A DNA stretch of 64,000 bases from Bryobacterales bacterium (GCA_965226185.1 CBDDCT010000005.1:416647-480646); one strand, 5' to 3'; positions 48,201 to 57,817 are shown, counted from the stretch's first letter. The notes: generated by a model not told the origin, from the sequence alone. Made by a program: numbers and translations.

Positions 48201-49689
48201 AGCGGTGGTTGACCTGGTCGCGATGGAGATAAGCGCCGCTGTGCCCGCGCGAGCTGGCGATTCCTTCCGACAGCATTTCGAGAACCGCGTCGAAATCGGC
48301 GCGTGGCAGGTTGCGGTAGGGATACGTCATCCGCACAAAGTCGAATAGTTCGTCCTCCGCGAATTCCTCGCAGGCAACCGCTGCAACCATCTGCTGCGCG
48401 AGAATGTCGAGCGGAGCTTCCGGGATCTCAAGCCGATCCAGCTCGCCCCCGCGAATCGCCCGGACCAAAGCCGCGCATTCGATCAGCTCGTCTCGCGTCG
48501 TGGCGAACAGACGTCCTTCGGGCATCGCACCCACCCAGTGTCCCGAGCGGCCGATGCGTTGCAGCGCCACGGCGATGGATCGTGGCGAGCCGATTTGGCA
48601 AACCAGATCCACAAACCCGATGTCGATGCCAAGCTCAAGCGATGCAGTCGCCACGACCGCTTTCAAATTCCCCGCCTTCAAGCGCTGTTCCGCCGACAGG
48701 CGCAGTTTGCGGGAAAGGCTGCCGTGGTGCGGCAACACAACTCCTTCACCGAGGCGCTGCTCGAGATGGTGCGTGACGCGTTCGGCCAGCCTTCGCGTGT
48801 TGACGAACACCAGTGTGGTTTGGTGCGAGCGAATCAACTCCGCCAAGCGGTCGTAGATCTCCTGCCACATCTCGTTGCTGGCGATAGGGCCAAGTTCGTC
48901 ATTGGGAACTTCGACCGCCAGCTTCATCTCGCGCCGATGCCCGATCTGGACGATGCGGCCCGAAGCGATGTCAGCCGCCAAATCGGGGCGGAACGTCTGA
49001 CTCAAGAAGCTTGCGACTTCGCCGATCGGCTTGACCGTCGCCGACAAGCCGATTCTCTGCAGGCCAACCCTGCTGCCGTGGCCGTTCGTTTTCCGCCCCG
49101 TCAAGCGTTCCAGCCGAGCCAGCGACAACGCGAGGTGCGAGCCCCGTTTATCGTCCGCCACCGCGTGGATCTCGTCGACGATCACCGTGCGCGCCGAGCT
49201 CAACATCACGCGGCTCTTCTCGGCCGTCAATAAGATGAAAAGCGACTCCGGCGTGGTGACGAGAATGTGAGGCGGCTTCCGCAGCATCTTTTGCCGCTCC
49301 CAGGCTGGAGTGTCACCGGTTCGAACCGCCGTGCGAATCCGCGGCAGCGCCAGCCCTTTCTTGGCGGCCAGTTCGTAGATTTCCGCCAAGGGAGCTTCGA
49401 GGTTTTTGTGTATATCGTTGCTGAGCGCCTTGAGCGGGGAGACGTAGACCGCCACCGTCTGGTCACTCAATGAGCCCTCGCGGGCCGCGCGAATCAGGTC
49501 ATCGATGCAAATCAAAAATGCCGCCAGGGTTTTGCCCGACCCCGTCGGCGCCGAGATCAGAACATCGCGGCCAGAGCGGATTTCCGGCCAACCGAGCCGC
49601 TGCGGTTCGGTGGCGCCTTCGAAGCGCTGTTCGAACCATTCGGCGACCAGGGGATCGAAATCAGGGAGGGGCATAGCCAGCGGGTTCAT
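45223..49689 (-). CDS. lhr: Lhr-like ATP-dependent SF2 helicase
   Basis: APTGSGKT, SPLKAL, TTPESL, DEIH, GLSAT, SLELGIDIG, QRIGRSGH, C-terminal RGGRFV...GEQFA. Confidence 0.95.
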   Translation of the reverse strand: MNPLAMPLPDFDPLVAEWFEQRFEGATEPQRLGWPEIRSGRDVLISAPTGSGKTLAAFLICIDDLIRAAREGSLSDQTVAVYVSPLKALSNDIHKNLEAPLAEIYELAAKKGLALPRIRTAVRTGDTPAWERQKMLRKPPHILVTTPESLFILLTAEKSRVMLSSARTVIVDEIHAVADDKRGSHLALSLARLERLTGRKTNGHGSRVGLQRIGLSATVKPIGEVASFLSQTFRPDLAADIASGRIVQIGHRREMKLAVEVPNDELGPIASNEMWQEIYDRLAELIRSHQTTLVFVNTRRLAERVTHHLEQRLGEGVVLPHHGSLSRKLRLSAEQRLKAGNLKAVVATASLELGIDIGFVDLVCQIGSPRSIAVALQRIGRSGHWVGAMPEGRLFATTRDELIECAALVRAIRGGELDRLEIPEAPLDILAQQMVAAVACEEFAEDELFDFVRMTYPYRNLPRADFDAVLEMLSEGIASSRGHSGAYLHRDQVNHRLRPRRGARLAAITSGGAIPDSAQYLVVAEPEGATVGTLDEDFAIESLAGDVFLLGTTSWRIRRIEPGRVRVEDAHGAAPTIPFWTGEAPGRTAELSREVSRVREEISRHVDKRASNPSEAAVSFLVSECGLNRLGAEQAVEYVRAGEKALGVLPASQVVVAERFFDESGGMQLVIHAPFGVRINRAWGLALRKRFCRSFNLELQAAATDNGIVISLSDQHAFPLEIVFEFLTPQSLKHVLTQALLAAPMFTVRWRWNLSRALAVLRFSFGRKTPPPIQRMRAEDMLAAVFPDQAACAENLTGEIRIPDHPLVKETIENCLYEVMDLAGLRSLIEGIANCQVRAVAIDTAEPSPFCHEILNANPYAFLDDAPLEERRTRAVQMRRTLSADMVEGPGALDAEAIAQVADEAWPLVRDADELHDALLTLITLPPTPEWEEYFGELSQAGRATTLQVPEEYGAPQQSRARKGAVELPDDPRAAAGGASLWAAAERLALATAAHPQAVLSPRIAAVQTSRPIPDSREACVAEILRGWLDSTGPTTADDFAQRLGLQRPVVDAGLLRLEAEGQILRGRFSAALPEDETEWCNRRLLARIHRLTLGRLRREIEPVSSADFMRFLCRWQHVASGTRLFGVDGALQIVKQLQGYEISAAAWESQILPRRIADYKPELLDQLSLSGEVTWGRLSPHPAFDSNGGAGEAAQVSRRVRPTRVAPLALFLRENAGWLLVRSVKPPEPSPDSRLSHAAREVLAALQSRGASFFTDLVRATKRLPSEVEDGLWELVTAGLVTADGFENLRALIDPKRRRGEGRGRHARPRHAPGRWALLREALHLEIAGLDGAEAANGVAPATPQSGDGPVEAYARCLLERWGVLFRDLLRHETLAPAWRDLLVVLRRMEARGEIRGGRFVGAFVGEQFALPEAVELVRSIRRSQPDGEEIEIAASDPLNLVGTILPGPRVSSAAAETIRLKDGVVVERAESGILALAGAGVPEGGQ

Positions 49690-49872
49690 TTTAGCTTAGT
49701 GGCCGCTTCAGCTTTTCGGTAAGCCTGCTGTTTGCGTCCTGTAGGTCGCGGCCGTCTTCGCTCGGCCTCCGCTGGACGCCGGCCCGGAGGCCGACGCTGC
49801 CCGCCGGGAGGCGCGCGCCACGCCGGAAAGCCATAACCCGAGTGCGCCGTGTCAGAAAGGTCCAGCTCGGGG

Positions 49873-49905
49873 AGCGCGGACTTCCGTCCGCACGTCTGTC
49901 CGGCC
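49873..49905. repeat. REP-like repeat, family D
   Basis: AGCGCGGACTTCCGTCCGCACGTCTGTCCGGCC. Confidence 0.75.
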
Positions 49906-50076
49906 CTCGGAGATTTTCTGCCATGAGCCGAAAGAGCTACTTGGATCAACGAGACTGACATCGAACTCGAACCGCTCGAGTGAAAATCCAGTCTCCCGTA
50001 AAGGTTCTGGCCGCCAGTGGGTATTTTCGCGGCGTGCCGGCAGCGTGCTTGCGTATGATGGTGTTGTAACCCTGGC

Positions 50077-51324
50077 ATGAAGATCTTCCTGGCCGAACTA
50101 ACTGTCTGGGCGCTGGCATTGACTCCCGCTGCTGCTCTTCGTTTCGCCCAGAGCGGTCCAGCGGCTGCTGGCGACGAGACAGCCGAAGCCCTCTTGGAGC
50201 GTGTTGCGGAGACCTACAGGAGCCTCGACCAGTTCTATTTCTCGGCGACGGAACAATCTCGAACTCACTCCGAACAGGTCGACCGGCGAACCGAATCGCG
50301 ATACGTCGTCGCCGCGGACTCGTCCGGCCGCGCGCGGATGGAGCTAGTTGACCAAACCAACGACAGCTTGTCCGTTTTCGATGGTGAGGCAAGCTGGTTC
50401 TACGTTTCGCACATGCGGCAATACATCAAGCGCGGGGCGAATCCTTTCGCGCCGGCAAAACCTGGCCGGCGGGGCGCGAAGCCGTTCGACATTCGCAAAG
50501 CAGCTTCCCGCTACGTGCAACGCTACAGCGGGGTTGCCGACCGCTTGGAGAGCGCCCGCATCACTCACGTGAAATCTGTCGATGAATCGCGCGGCAAAGT
50601 CAACTACACCGTCGTCGAGGCGGAATACAAGACACCACCCGGAACTTCGCAAGGGAGGGTTCGGCGCACCTTTTGGATCGACCGCGCCGCCGGCATCGTT
50701 GTGCGAGAGGTCTCGATCGCCAGCATGACACTACCCCATGTCGACAAACCGGCCAATGTCGGCAAGCCGGTCGAGGTGACACAAACGATCTCATTCCAGA
50801 GATTGATTGTGGACGGTCCCGCCCCCTCGGGCACTTTTCATTTCGTGCCACCCGATAACGCGGAATTGGTCCAAGAATTCGGCCCGACCCGGGCATCGGC
50901 CTCGCGCATGGTGGGGAAACCAGCGGAGGATTTCACTCGTGACGATCTCTTGGGTGATACGTTTCGGCTCGAGGAGCTGCGGGGGGAAATTGTCTTGCTC
51001 AACTTCTGGGCAACCTGGTGTACGCCATGCCGTATTGATCTGCCGCACATCGAAGCCTTGCACCGCGATTTTTCAGAGCAGGGACTGGTCGTTCTCGGTG
51101 TCAACGGCGAGCCTGCCGCACTCGCCGCTCGTTTCTTTGCGGACCAGGGTTATAGCTTTCCTTCTTTGGTCGACATCGGGAATCAATTGGCTCGCCAGTA
51201 CTCCGTCAAGTCACTGCCGACAACCATCGTGATCGACCGAAGCGGCAACATCTCAACCTATCTGATCGGCCTTCACCCGGAAGGGCGCTTGCGCCGGGAA
51301 CTCGCAAAGGCCGGCATGAAGTGA
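50077..51324 (+). CDS. LolA-like domain fused to a TlpA-type thioredoxin, exported
   Basis: Signal peptide, SVFDGEASWFY, FWID, FHFVPPDNAELV (LolA-like), then LLNFWATWCTPC and SLPT. Confidence 0.85.
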   Translation: MKIFLAELTVWALALTPAAALRFAQSGPAAAGDETAEALLERVAETYRSLDQFYFSATEQSRTHSEQVDRRTESRYVVAADSSGRARMELVDQTNDSLSVFDGEASWFYVSHMRQYIKRGANPFAPAKPGRRGAKPFDIRKAASRYVQRYSGVADRLESARITHVKSVDESRGKVNYTVVEAEYKTPPGTSQGRVRRTFWIDRAAGIVVREVSIASMTLPHVDKPANVGKPVEVTQTISFQRLIVDGPAPSGTFHFVPPDNAELVQEFGPTRASASRMVGKPAEDFTRDDLLGDTFRLEELRGEIVLLNFWATWCTPCRIDLPHIEALHRDFSEQGLVVLGVNGEPAALAARFFADQGYSFPSLVDIGNQLARQYSVKSLPTTIVIDRSGNISTYLIGLHPEGRLRRELAKAGMK

Positions 51325-51355
51325 TGCTATATCCTCAACGAGTTCTTGGAAATTT

Positions 51356-51391
51356 ATCATAATTTCTTTATCAATTGAGAGGAATTATGAT
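51356..51391. promoter_or_regulatory. AT-rich imperfect palindrome upstream of the nfrB-like gene
   Basis: ATCATAATTTC...TCAATTGA...GGAATTATGAT. Confidence 0.5.
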
Positions 51392-51442
51392 TCGTTGGTG
51401 ATATAGTAGAACCTGCGCGAGCCATAACCTCTCGCCTCCCCA

Positions 51443-53344
51443 ATGATCTGGCTGGACCGGCTTATCGCCGAGGTCCTGGCGCCGCTAGCCGTCTGGGTCT
51501 TCATCAGTGGTCTGGATGACTTGTTCCTGGATATTTCCTACCTCTATTTGCGTCTAAGCGGCCGCCGGCGCGAAACCTCCTGCTCCGCTCGATCCCTGGA
51601 GAACTCCGCCAACCGTCCCCAGCGAAAGATCGCCCTGATGGTTCCTTGCTGGCGGGAGGACGAAGTGATCGAGCAGATGCTCGACCACAATTTATCCGAG
51701 ATCGATTACGAGAATTACGACTTTTGGGTGGGGGTCTATCCGAACGATGCGGCGACGATTGCCAAAGTGGTGGCGTCTGAAAAGAAGAGTCCAAAAGTCC
51801 GGCACGTCCTTTGTTCACACGATGGGCCTACCACGAAAGCTGACTGCTTGAACAGCATCATTCGGGGGATTCGGCGCCATGAAGAAATGACTGGCGAGCA
51901 ATACGAGATTATTCAGCAACACGATGCCGAAGACCTGATACCGCGCCTGGCCCTGAAAAGGGCGAATCAAGAGATCGAGCGCCATGGCATGATCCAGTTC
52001 CCGGTTCTGCCTTTGAAGACTCCCGTCAGTCACCTGGCGCACGGCACCTATTGTGACGAGTTCGCCGAGTTTCACCTCAAAGAGCTGTTTGTTCGCTCAC
52101 GCCTGGGAGGGTTCATTCCTTCGGCGGGTGTCGGGACGGCATATCGCCGCGAGGTGATCGAGCGGCTGTCGGAGCTAAATGACGGCGAACCGTTCGATTC
52201 GCAAAGTCTGACGGAAGACTATTTCGTCGGCCTGCAAGTGCATAAATTAGGCTACCCGCAGTTGTTCGTTGTGCCGACCGGGGCCTTCTCAGGCGAACAA
52301 GAGAGGAACCCCGAAACGGTTGGCGCCGGAACTTCGTTAGCGAACGAAGCCACGCGCTCTTATTTTCCTCGTACCGTCAGGCAGGCGATTCGCCAGCGAT
52401 CGCGCTGGGCGATTGGAATCGCCCTGCAGTCCTGGCAGCGCTTTGGCTGGAATGCCGGCGCGGGCCAGTTCTACTGGCTTTGGCGTGACCGTAAAGGGCT
52501 TGTGAATCACCCGGCGGCGATGCTGGCCAACTTGGTTTTTTGCTACGGCGCCGGGCGCCTGGCCTGGGCCGGGCTGACCGGCGGGGATTGGCATCTCGGC
52601 ATGCTAGCGGCCACCTCGACGACGCTGGTATGGCTGTTGCTGGCCAACGTGTTTCTGTTGCTGTGGCGGCAACTGGTCCGCGGGGCGTTTGTGTGGAGCG
52701 TCTACGGTTGGCGGCACGCTCTAGCCACGCCCCTGCGAATTCCGTTTTCCAACGTGATCAACTCTTGCGCGGTGATTGCAGCGCTGGGAACGTTCGTAGC
52801 CGCACGCCTGAATAAACAACCATTGGTCTGGAGCAAAACGGAACATTCCTACCCAAGCGGGGAAGCCCTGACGGCCCACAAGCGCTTTCTTGGTGAGATC
52901 CTCGTTGCGACGAGGGAGATCGTGGGGACTGATCTCGAGGAAGCTCTGGCGGCGATTGACGGCGGCGAGCGAATCGGCGAATACCTGGTCCGCAACGGCA
53001 TGCTTCGTGAAACGCAGATTCAAAAAGCGCTCAGCTTGCAGCGGGGTCTGCCCTTTCGGCGGCTAGGCCACAACGATGTTGAACTCGAAGCGCTCAGCGT
53101 TATTCCCCGGCCGACAGCGAAGCATTTGGGGGTGATTCCCTTCCGTGTCGACGAAACGAGACGGTTGTGGCTAGCGGGTGCGGAAGCGCCCAGCGAGGCG
53201 CTGCGCCAAACCATCTCGCGCTATTCCTCGTTGTCTCAGGGTTTCGTGCTAATTACCCAGTCGAACTTCGACGAGCTAGCGGAAGTTCTGTTCAGCCAGG
53301 CTCCCCCGGGGCGGTCCTTTCGGGCAGCGGGGGCGGGGGACTAG
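51443..53344 (+). CDS. nfrB: NfrB-like GT2 glycosyltransferase with MshEN (c-di-GMP-binding) domain
   Basis: SGLDDLFLD, GVYPND, GPTTKADCLN, HDAED, PSAGVG, SLTEDY, QRSRW, WRDRKG, W.KTEH, then RFLGEIL and RIGEYL MshEN motifs. Confidence 0.9.
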   Translation: MIWLDRLIAEVLAPLAVWVFISGLDDLFLDISYLYLRLSGRRRETSCSARSLENSANRPQRKIALMVPCWREDEVIEQMLDHNLSEIDYENYDFWVGVYPNDAATIAKVVASEKKSPKVRHVLCSHDGPTTKADCLNSIIRGIRRHEEMTGEQYEIIQQHDAEDLIPRLALKRANQEIERHGMIQFPVLPLKTPVSHLAHGTYCDEFAEFHLKELFVRSRLGGFIPSAGVGTAYRREVIERLSELNDGEPFDSQSLTEDYFVGLQVHKLGYPQLFVVPTGAFSGEQERNPETVGAGTSLANEATRSYFPRTVRQAIRQRSRWAIGIALQSWQRFGWNAGAGQFYWLWRDRKGLVNHPAAMLANLVFCYGAGRLAWAGLTGGDWHLGMLAATSTTLVWLLLANVFLLLWRQLVRGAFVWSVYGWRHALATPLRIPFSNVINSCAVIAALGTFVAARLNKQPLVWSKTEHSYPSGEALTAHKRFLGEILVATREIVGTDLEEALAAIDGGERIGEYLVRNGMLRETQIQKALSLQRGLPFRRLGHNDVELEALSVIPRPTAKHLGVIPFRVDETRRLWLAGAEAPSEALRQTISRYSSLSQGFVLITQSNFDELAEVLFSQAPPGRSFRAAGAGD

Positions 53345-53421
53345 CGTGGATCAACGCGTCAGACCCGAAAGCGGCGCGTGTGGCAGCCAAATAGGTAGAC
53401 TGTATTGCAAAACGTGTTACA

Positions 53422-53676
53422 ATGAATCTGGTGTCGCAAACATTCAGTATTCGTGCGAGCGAGGAGCTACTTGAGCGACTGGGAGAATTCGCGCGGCAAA
53501 CCAATCGTCGCCGGAACGCAGTCATCGTGCGAGCCATCGAAGATTATCTGGACCTGAACGAGATGGAGTTACTGAAGGCTGAGGCTCGGCGACAGTCCAT
53601 ACTTGCGAGCAAACAGACGCACCCGGAAGATGAGGCTTGGCCGGAGTTGGCGGCGGACGATACCGGGTGGAACTAA
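53422..53676 (+). CDS. Ribbon-helix-helix antitoxin (MazE-like)
   Basis: TFSIR...RNAVIVRAIEDYL followed by EARRQS...W; overlaps the toxin start. True start may be GTG 53431. Confidence 0.85.
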   Translation: MNLVSQTFSIRASEELLERLGEFARQTNRRRNAVIVRAIEDYLDLNEMELLKAEARRQSILASKQTHPEDEAWPELAADDTGWN

Positions 53677-54005
53677 CAAGAGGCGATGTTGTCATCGCCG
53701 TGATGCCTGGAGACTATGGCAAGCCCCGTCCGGTCGTGGTTGTGCAGTCTGACGTGTTTAATCCCACTCACTCAAGCATCGTTGTCTGCCCGATCACATC
53801 CCATATCGTGGAGTCACCTTTGTTCCGCCTGACGGTATCGCCAGATCCCAGCAATGGGCTCCGAACTGAATCGCAAATCATGATCGACAAATTGGTTGCC
53901 CTGCGATCTGACCGAATCCGCAAGCGCATCGGGACGTTGCGGACTTCCGAATTGCGAGATCTCGACCGAGCCCTTCGCGTCTGGTTAGCACTGGACTCCC
54001 GGTAG
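53667..54005 (+). CDS. mazF: PemK/MazF family toxin
   Basis: RGDVV, GDYGKPRPVVVVQSD, VCPITS, NGL, SQIMIDKL. Confidence 0.93.
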   Translation: MELTRGDVVIAVMPGDYGKPRPVVVVQSDVFNPTHSSIVVCPITSHIVESPLFRLTVSPDPSNGLRTESQIMIDKLVALRSDRIRKRIGTLRTSELRDLDRALRVWLALDSR

Positions 54006-54031
54006 CAGTCCAGAGTACCCCGCACATGCTT

Positions 54032-55360
54032 TCAGGGCAGCAAGAACGACGCCTCTCGCCCAGCCGCCCGCGCCACCGCCTCCGCCGCGATATACCCGCT
54101 CCGTACCGCCCCTTCCATCGTCGCGGGCCAGCCGGTATTCGTCCAGTCACCCGCAAGGAATACGTTAGGGTACTTTGTCTTCGGACCCGGCCGAACCGAT
54201 TGCAGGCCGGGAATCGTCGAATAGGTCGCTCGCGCTTCTTTGATGACGTGCGAGCGGACTAGTTCGGCACCACGGCAAGCAGGAAAGAACTCTTTCAACT
54301 CGCGGCAGGCCAACTCGACAATCTCCTGGCGCGAAAGCTCGAGCAGCGAGCGCGAGGCGCTGACCACGCATTGAACGTACCGGTCCGTCTTGCGGAAAAC
54401 CCATTGCAGTGTCCGGTCCAGCAGAACAGCGTGGGGCAGGTCCGTGATCGGGCGATCGAACCAGAGATGAATTCCCGTGATCGGTGAATGGGTGAACTTT
54501 TCGAGCTTGAGTTCCAAACCTGGGAGAAGTTGCCTCGCTCTTTCAAATGGTACGGCGCTGATATAGAAGTCGGCGGTGTTGTCGTTGGGGTCGATTCGAT
54601 CGAGGGAGGACCGCGGATGAACTCGAACTTGTTCTCCCAGCCTGTCTTCGAAGGCTGCGGAGTAAAGCTCTGCTAGCGGGACCGCCGGCAAACCCATCTG
54701 ATAGCTTTCGCGGGTCGCCATCGTGCCTTGCATGAAAACCTGAAAGGCGGGCGCCGCCGACGAACGGTCCAGCTCTTCGTTGAGGGCGCTTACTAGAATC
54801 GGACGCCAGAACCGCTCCACGGCTCGCGGAGTGGCTTGCTTCGAGGCCAGCCAGTCCGCGATGGTGAGACTGTCAAGATCGGTGCGGTCCGCTTCTCGCT
54901 GCATCGCGGCCATGGCGCGAAGGATCGAAAGTTTGTCGGCAAAATCGAGAGCCTTGAAGCGCAGCAGCGACCCCAGCAGATGCGCCGGCGCGGGCAAGAC
55001 GCCGGCCTTGAATACATCGACCGCCCCGCCCGGCCGCACGAAATACAGGCGGTCATGGAAGCGAATCTTGTCCTCCACTCCGCAACGGCGGTAGAAGTCC
55101 AGCAAGTTGGTGAAGCAGCGCAGCAGTACGTGCTGGCAGTTGTCGATGTGGTCCGAGTTTTCGTCCGATGGATTGACGGGGAAAGACGTAGCGCGGCCCC
55201 CCAGAAACGGACGCGCTTCGTGCAGATCGACCTCGAAACCAATCGAGCCCAGCGCGGCGGCGGCGGCGAGTCCGGCGAGTCCTCCGCCGGCGATGACTAC
55301 GCGGGGAATGGCGGAGCCCCTCCCCTCAGGCGGAGCTTCAGCGCTCGCGTGACGATCCAC
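54032..55360 (-). CDS. hpnE: Hydroxysqualene dehydroxylase HpnE
   Basis: GGGLAGLAAA, GGRATS, DNCQHVLL, LAGDWTNTGWPATMEGAVRSG; follows hpnCD. Start uncertain. Confidence 0.92.
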   Translation of the reverse strand: MDRHASAEAPPEGRGSAIPRVVIAGGGLAGLAAAAALGSIGFEVDLHEARPFLGGRATSFPVNPSDENSDHIDNCQHVLLRCFTNLLDFYRRCGVEDKIRFHDRLYFVRPGGAVDVFKAGVLPAPAHLLGSLLRFKALDFADKLSILRAMAAMQREADRTDLDSLTIADWLASKQATPRAVERFWRPILVSALNEELDRSSAAPAFQVFMQGTMATRESYQMGLPAVPLAELYSAAFEDRLGEQVRVHPRSSLDRIDPNDNTADFYISAVPFERARQLLPGLELKLEKFTHSPITGIHLWFDRPITDLPHAVLLDRTLQWVFRKTDRYVQCVVSASRSLLELSRQEIVELACRELKEFFPACRGAELVRSHVIKEARATYSTIPGLQSVRPGPKTKYPNVFLAGDWTNTGWPATMEGAVRSGYIAAEAVARAAGREASFLLP

Positions 55361-56190
55361 AGCTTTTCGATCGCGCTAAGACTCGCGCGGCGGGTGTGGA
55401 CGTCGTAACGGTCGCTGCGGATCCGGTGCAGGATACCGTGGTAGATCGACATCATGGCCCACAGCGCGGGCCGGCTTTGCGGGCCGACCATGCCGAGCAG
55501 CGGCGCGGCTTCTTCGTAGTAGCGGTTGGCCCGCTTCCATTCAAACTCCATCAGCTTCGAAAAGCCGGGACCCGGCTGGCCGCTGAGCAGGTCTTGGGCC
55601 GTGAGATCGAAACGCTCCAAATCCTCCCCCGGCAGGTAAACGCGCCCGAGCCGGGAGTCCTCGGGAATATCCCTCAAGATGTTCGTGAGTTGAAACGCGA
55701 TTCCGCACTTCTCGGCGAGATCGAGCGCCTCATCGGATTCAAAGCCGAAGATGTGGATACAAGTTAGTCCGACGACCGAAGCCACCTGGTAGCAGTAGCG
55801 GTAGAGGTCATCGAAGGTGCGGAGCCGCCGCGGCGACAGGTCGCTGCTCACTCCCTCGATCAGCTCGAAAAAGTATCGCGGCGGGATTCTATATTTGGCA
55901 ATCGTGTGGTGAAAAGCCGGCAGAATAGGATCGTCTCCATAGCGGCCCTCCAGGGCCTCTTCCAATGCCTTTTTCCACCGATCGAGAGCCTCGCGCCTGG
56001 CGGCCAGCGGCGAGCCGGTCTCGTCGCTAATGTCGTCGCAATAGCGCATGAAGGCGTAGATCGCGCACATCGCCTGCTTCTGTTCACGCGGCAACAGCAG
56101 GAACGAGTAGTAAAAGTTTCGCGCGCGTGCCCGTGCGACTCGTTTGCAGTGATGGAAGGATTGCTCAACGCTAGCTGGCATGCCGTTCAC
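55297..56190 (-). CDS. hpnD: Presqualene diphosphate synthase HpnD
   Basis: NFYYSF, YAFMRYCDDISD, YCYQVASVVG, QLTNILRD, GRVYLP. Confidence 0.9.
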   Translation of the reverse strand: MNGMPASVEQSFHHCKRVARARARNFYYSFLLLPREQKQAMCAIYAFMRYCDDISDETGSPLAARREALDRWKKALEEALEGRYGDDPILPAFHHTIAKYRIPPRYFFELIEGVSSDLSPRRLRTFDDLYRYCYQVASVVGLTCIHIFGFESDEALDLAEKCGIAFQLTNILRDIPEDSRLGRVYLPGEDLERFDLTAQDLLSGQPGPGFSKLMEFEWKRANRYYEEAAPLLGMVGPQSRPALWAMMSIYHGILHRIRSDRYDVHTRRASLSAIEKLWIVTRALKLRLRGGAPPFPA

Positions 56191-56199
56191 TCAGAGCCC

Positions 56200-56326
56200 G
56201 AGCCGCGAAGCGGCGTCGGATTGTAGCCCAGCTTGAGCCGCGAAGCGGCGCAGGATCGTAGCCCAGGGTGAAGCGAAGCGGAACCCTGGGTCCGAACCCC
56301 CGCGAGGAGAAGCCCCGGAAGGGGCG
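56200..56326. repeat. Composite palindromic repeat, family C, between hpnC and hpnD
   Basis: Inverted homologue of 28168-28263 with a duplicated GAGCCGCGAAGCGGCG unit. Confidence 0.85.
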
Positions 56327-56367
56327 CGGGAAACAAACGGATGCGGGCGCCACGTGGTGAGTGCGGA

Positions 56368-57324
56368 CTAAACATGCCGAGCCTCCCCGCCGGAGTCAGA
56401 ACGGACAAAGAGTTGATGCGTCACCACGCTCACCAACAGCCTAAGCCTCCGCAATTTCCCCAGCTCTGGGCGCTTCCGAATCGTGTCGTAATGCTGGCGG
56501 CGAATCATCTCCAGGATAGCCATTCCACCGCGGCTGAATAGTTCAAAATCAACGGCTAGCCGCCGGTCCACCATCTTGGCCAGGGGAAGCCCTTTCAAAA
56601 ACAGCGACTGGGTATCGCCGACCAATTCGCGCATCACGGCGCGGAAACCCGGTCCGGCCACTCCTGACTTCAAGTCCTGCTCCAACAATTCAACGGAGTA
56701 TTCGCGGGAAGCCATCCGGTCAGCCGGGATGTAGACCCGGCCCATGCCCCAATCGCGCCGCACGTCTTGCCAGAAATTCGCGAGCTGCAGAGCCGTGCAG
56801 GTCGCATCAGATAGACGGCGCCGCTCGTCGTCGGTGTAGCCGCACAGGTGCAGGACGAGCCGTCCGACCGGGTTCGCCGAGTAGCGGCAGTAGCCCAGCA
56901 GATCGGCGTAGGTGGCGTAGCGGGTAACCGTCTGATCCTGCACGAAGGCCCGAATCAAGTCAGCAAACGGTTGCTCGGGAATGTCGTGCTTCTCGATCGT
57001 TCGACGCAGCGCCACATAGACGGGATGCCGGGCCTGACCGGCGTAGACCGCGTCCAGTTCTTGTTGCCACCAATTGAGCAAGTCGAGGCTGCGCGCCGGG
57101 TTGCCCATCTCGTCCCCGAGGTCGTCGGCCCAGCGGCAGAATGAGTAGACGTTAAAAAAATCCTGGTGCAACCGGCGCGGCAGCAGCCAGCTCACTACGC
57201 TGAAATTCTCGTAGTGGGACCGCGCCAGCCAGCACGTGTATTCGAGAGATTCCGTCTCTGTCCAGGCAGCGACGTTGGTGCCGTTCGCTGCTACGAAGTC
57301 CGCTGGTGAAAGGAAGCGACTCAT
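56368..57324 (-). CDS. hpnC: Squalene synthase HpnC
   Basis: [41 protein letters not shown]. Confidence 0.93.
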   Translation of the reverse strand: MSRFLSPADFVAANGTNVAAWTETESLEYTCWLARSHYENFSVVSWLLPRRLHQDFFNVYSFCRWADDLGDEMGNPARSLDLLNWWQQELDAVYAGQARHPVYVALRRTIEKHDIPEQPFADLIRAFVQDQTVTRYATYADLLGYCRYSANPVGRLVLHLCGYTDDERRRLSDATCTALQLANFWQDVRRDWGMGRVYIPADRMASREYSVELLEQDLKSGVAGPGFRAVMRELVGDTQSLFLKGLPLAKMVDRRLAVDFELFSRGGMAILEMIRRQHYDTIRKRPELGKLRRLRLLVSVVTHQLFVRSDSGGEARHV

Positions 57325-57548
57325 ACTGGCTTGTAACGAACTCTCGGTCAGCAGCCGTGACTCGCCCAACTCACGGCCATCGTGGATACTCTCCAATTCC
57401 AAAACTAGCAGGATTCGAACTCCCAACGACCAGAAGCCCTGTGAGCGATTCTCGAGTCGGCGTCGAATGTGAGAACAAGCGCGACAAACGAGCAAGACAA
57501 TCATTCAATCGCACTGCTCGCTGCAGCCGGACTCCCAGAAGAGCTATC

Positions 57549-57680
57549 ATGACCCGAGTCACGCCCAACCTCAACCGCCTCGCCGCCAACGGACTGCGTT
57601 ACACGAATTTCTACAGCAGCGGCCGCTGTTGTCCGACGAGGGCTTCGATTCTTACGGGCCTCTACCCCCATCAAGCGGGC
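57549..57680 (+). pseudogene. Arylsulfatase fragment
   Basis: [40 protein letters not shown] contains the CxPxR formylglycine motif; no flanking sulfatase sequence. Confidence 0.8.
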
Positions 57681-57817
57681 CCGCGATGTGAGGGTCGGCA
57701 GGGTCTGAAGGCTGCTTTTTCGCGGGGCGCGAGCGTCCGCCAACTCAAGATCGCGGACAGGCGTACTATAAGTGAACGGCGCGTCGTCCGCCTTGCGGAA
57801 ACGGATGGATCTCACCT

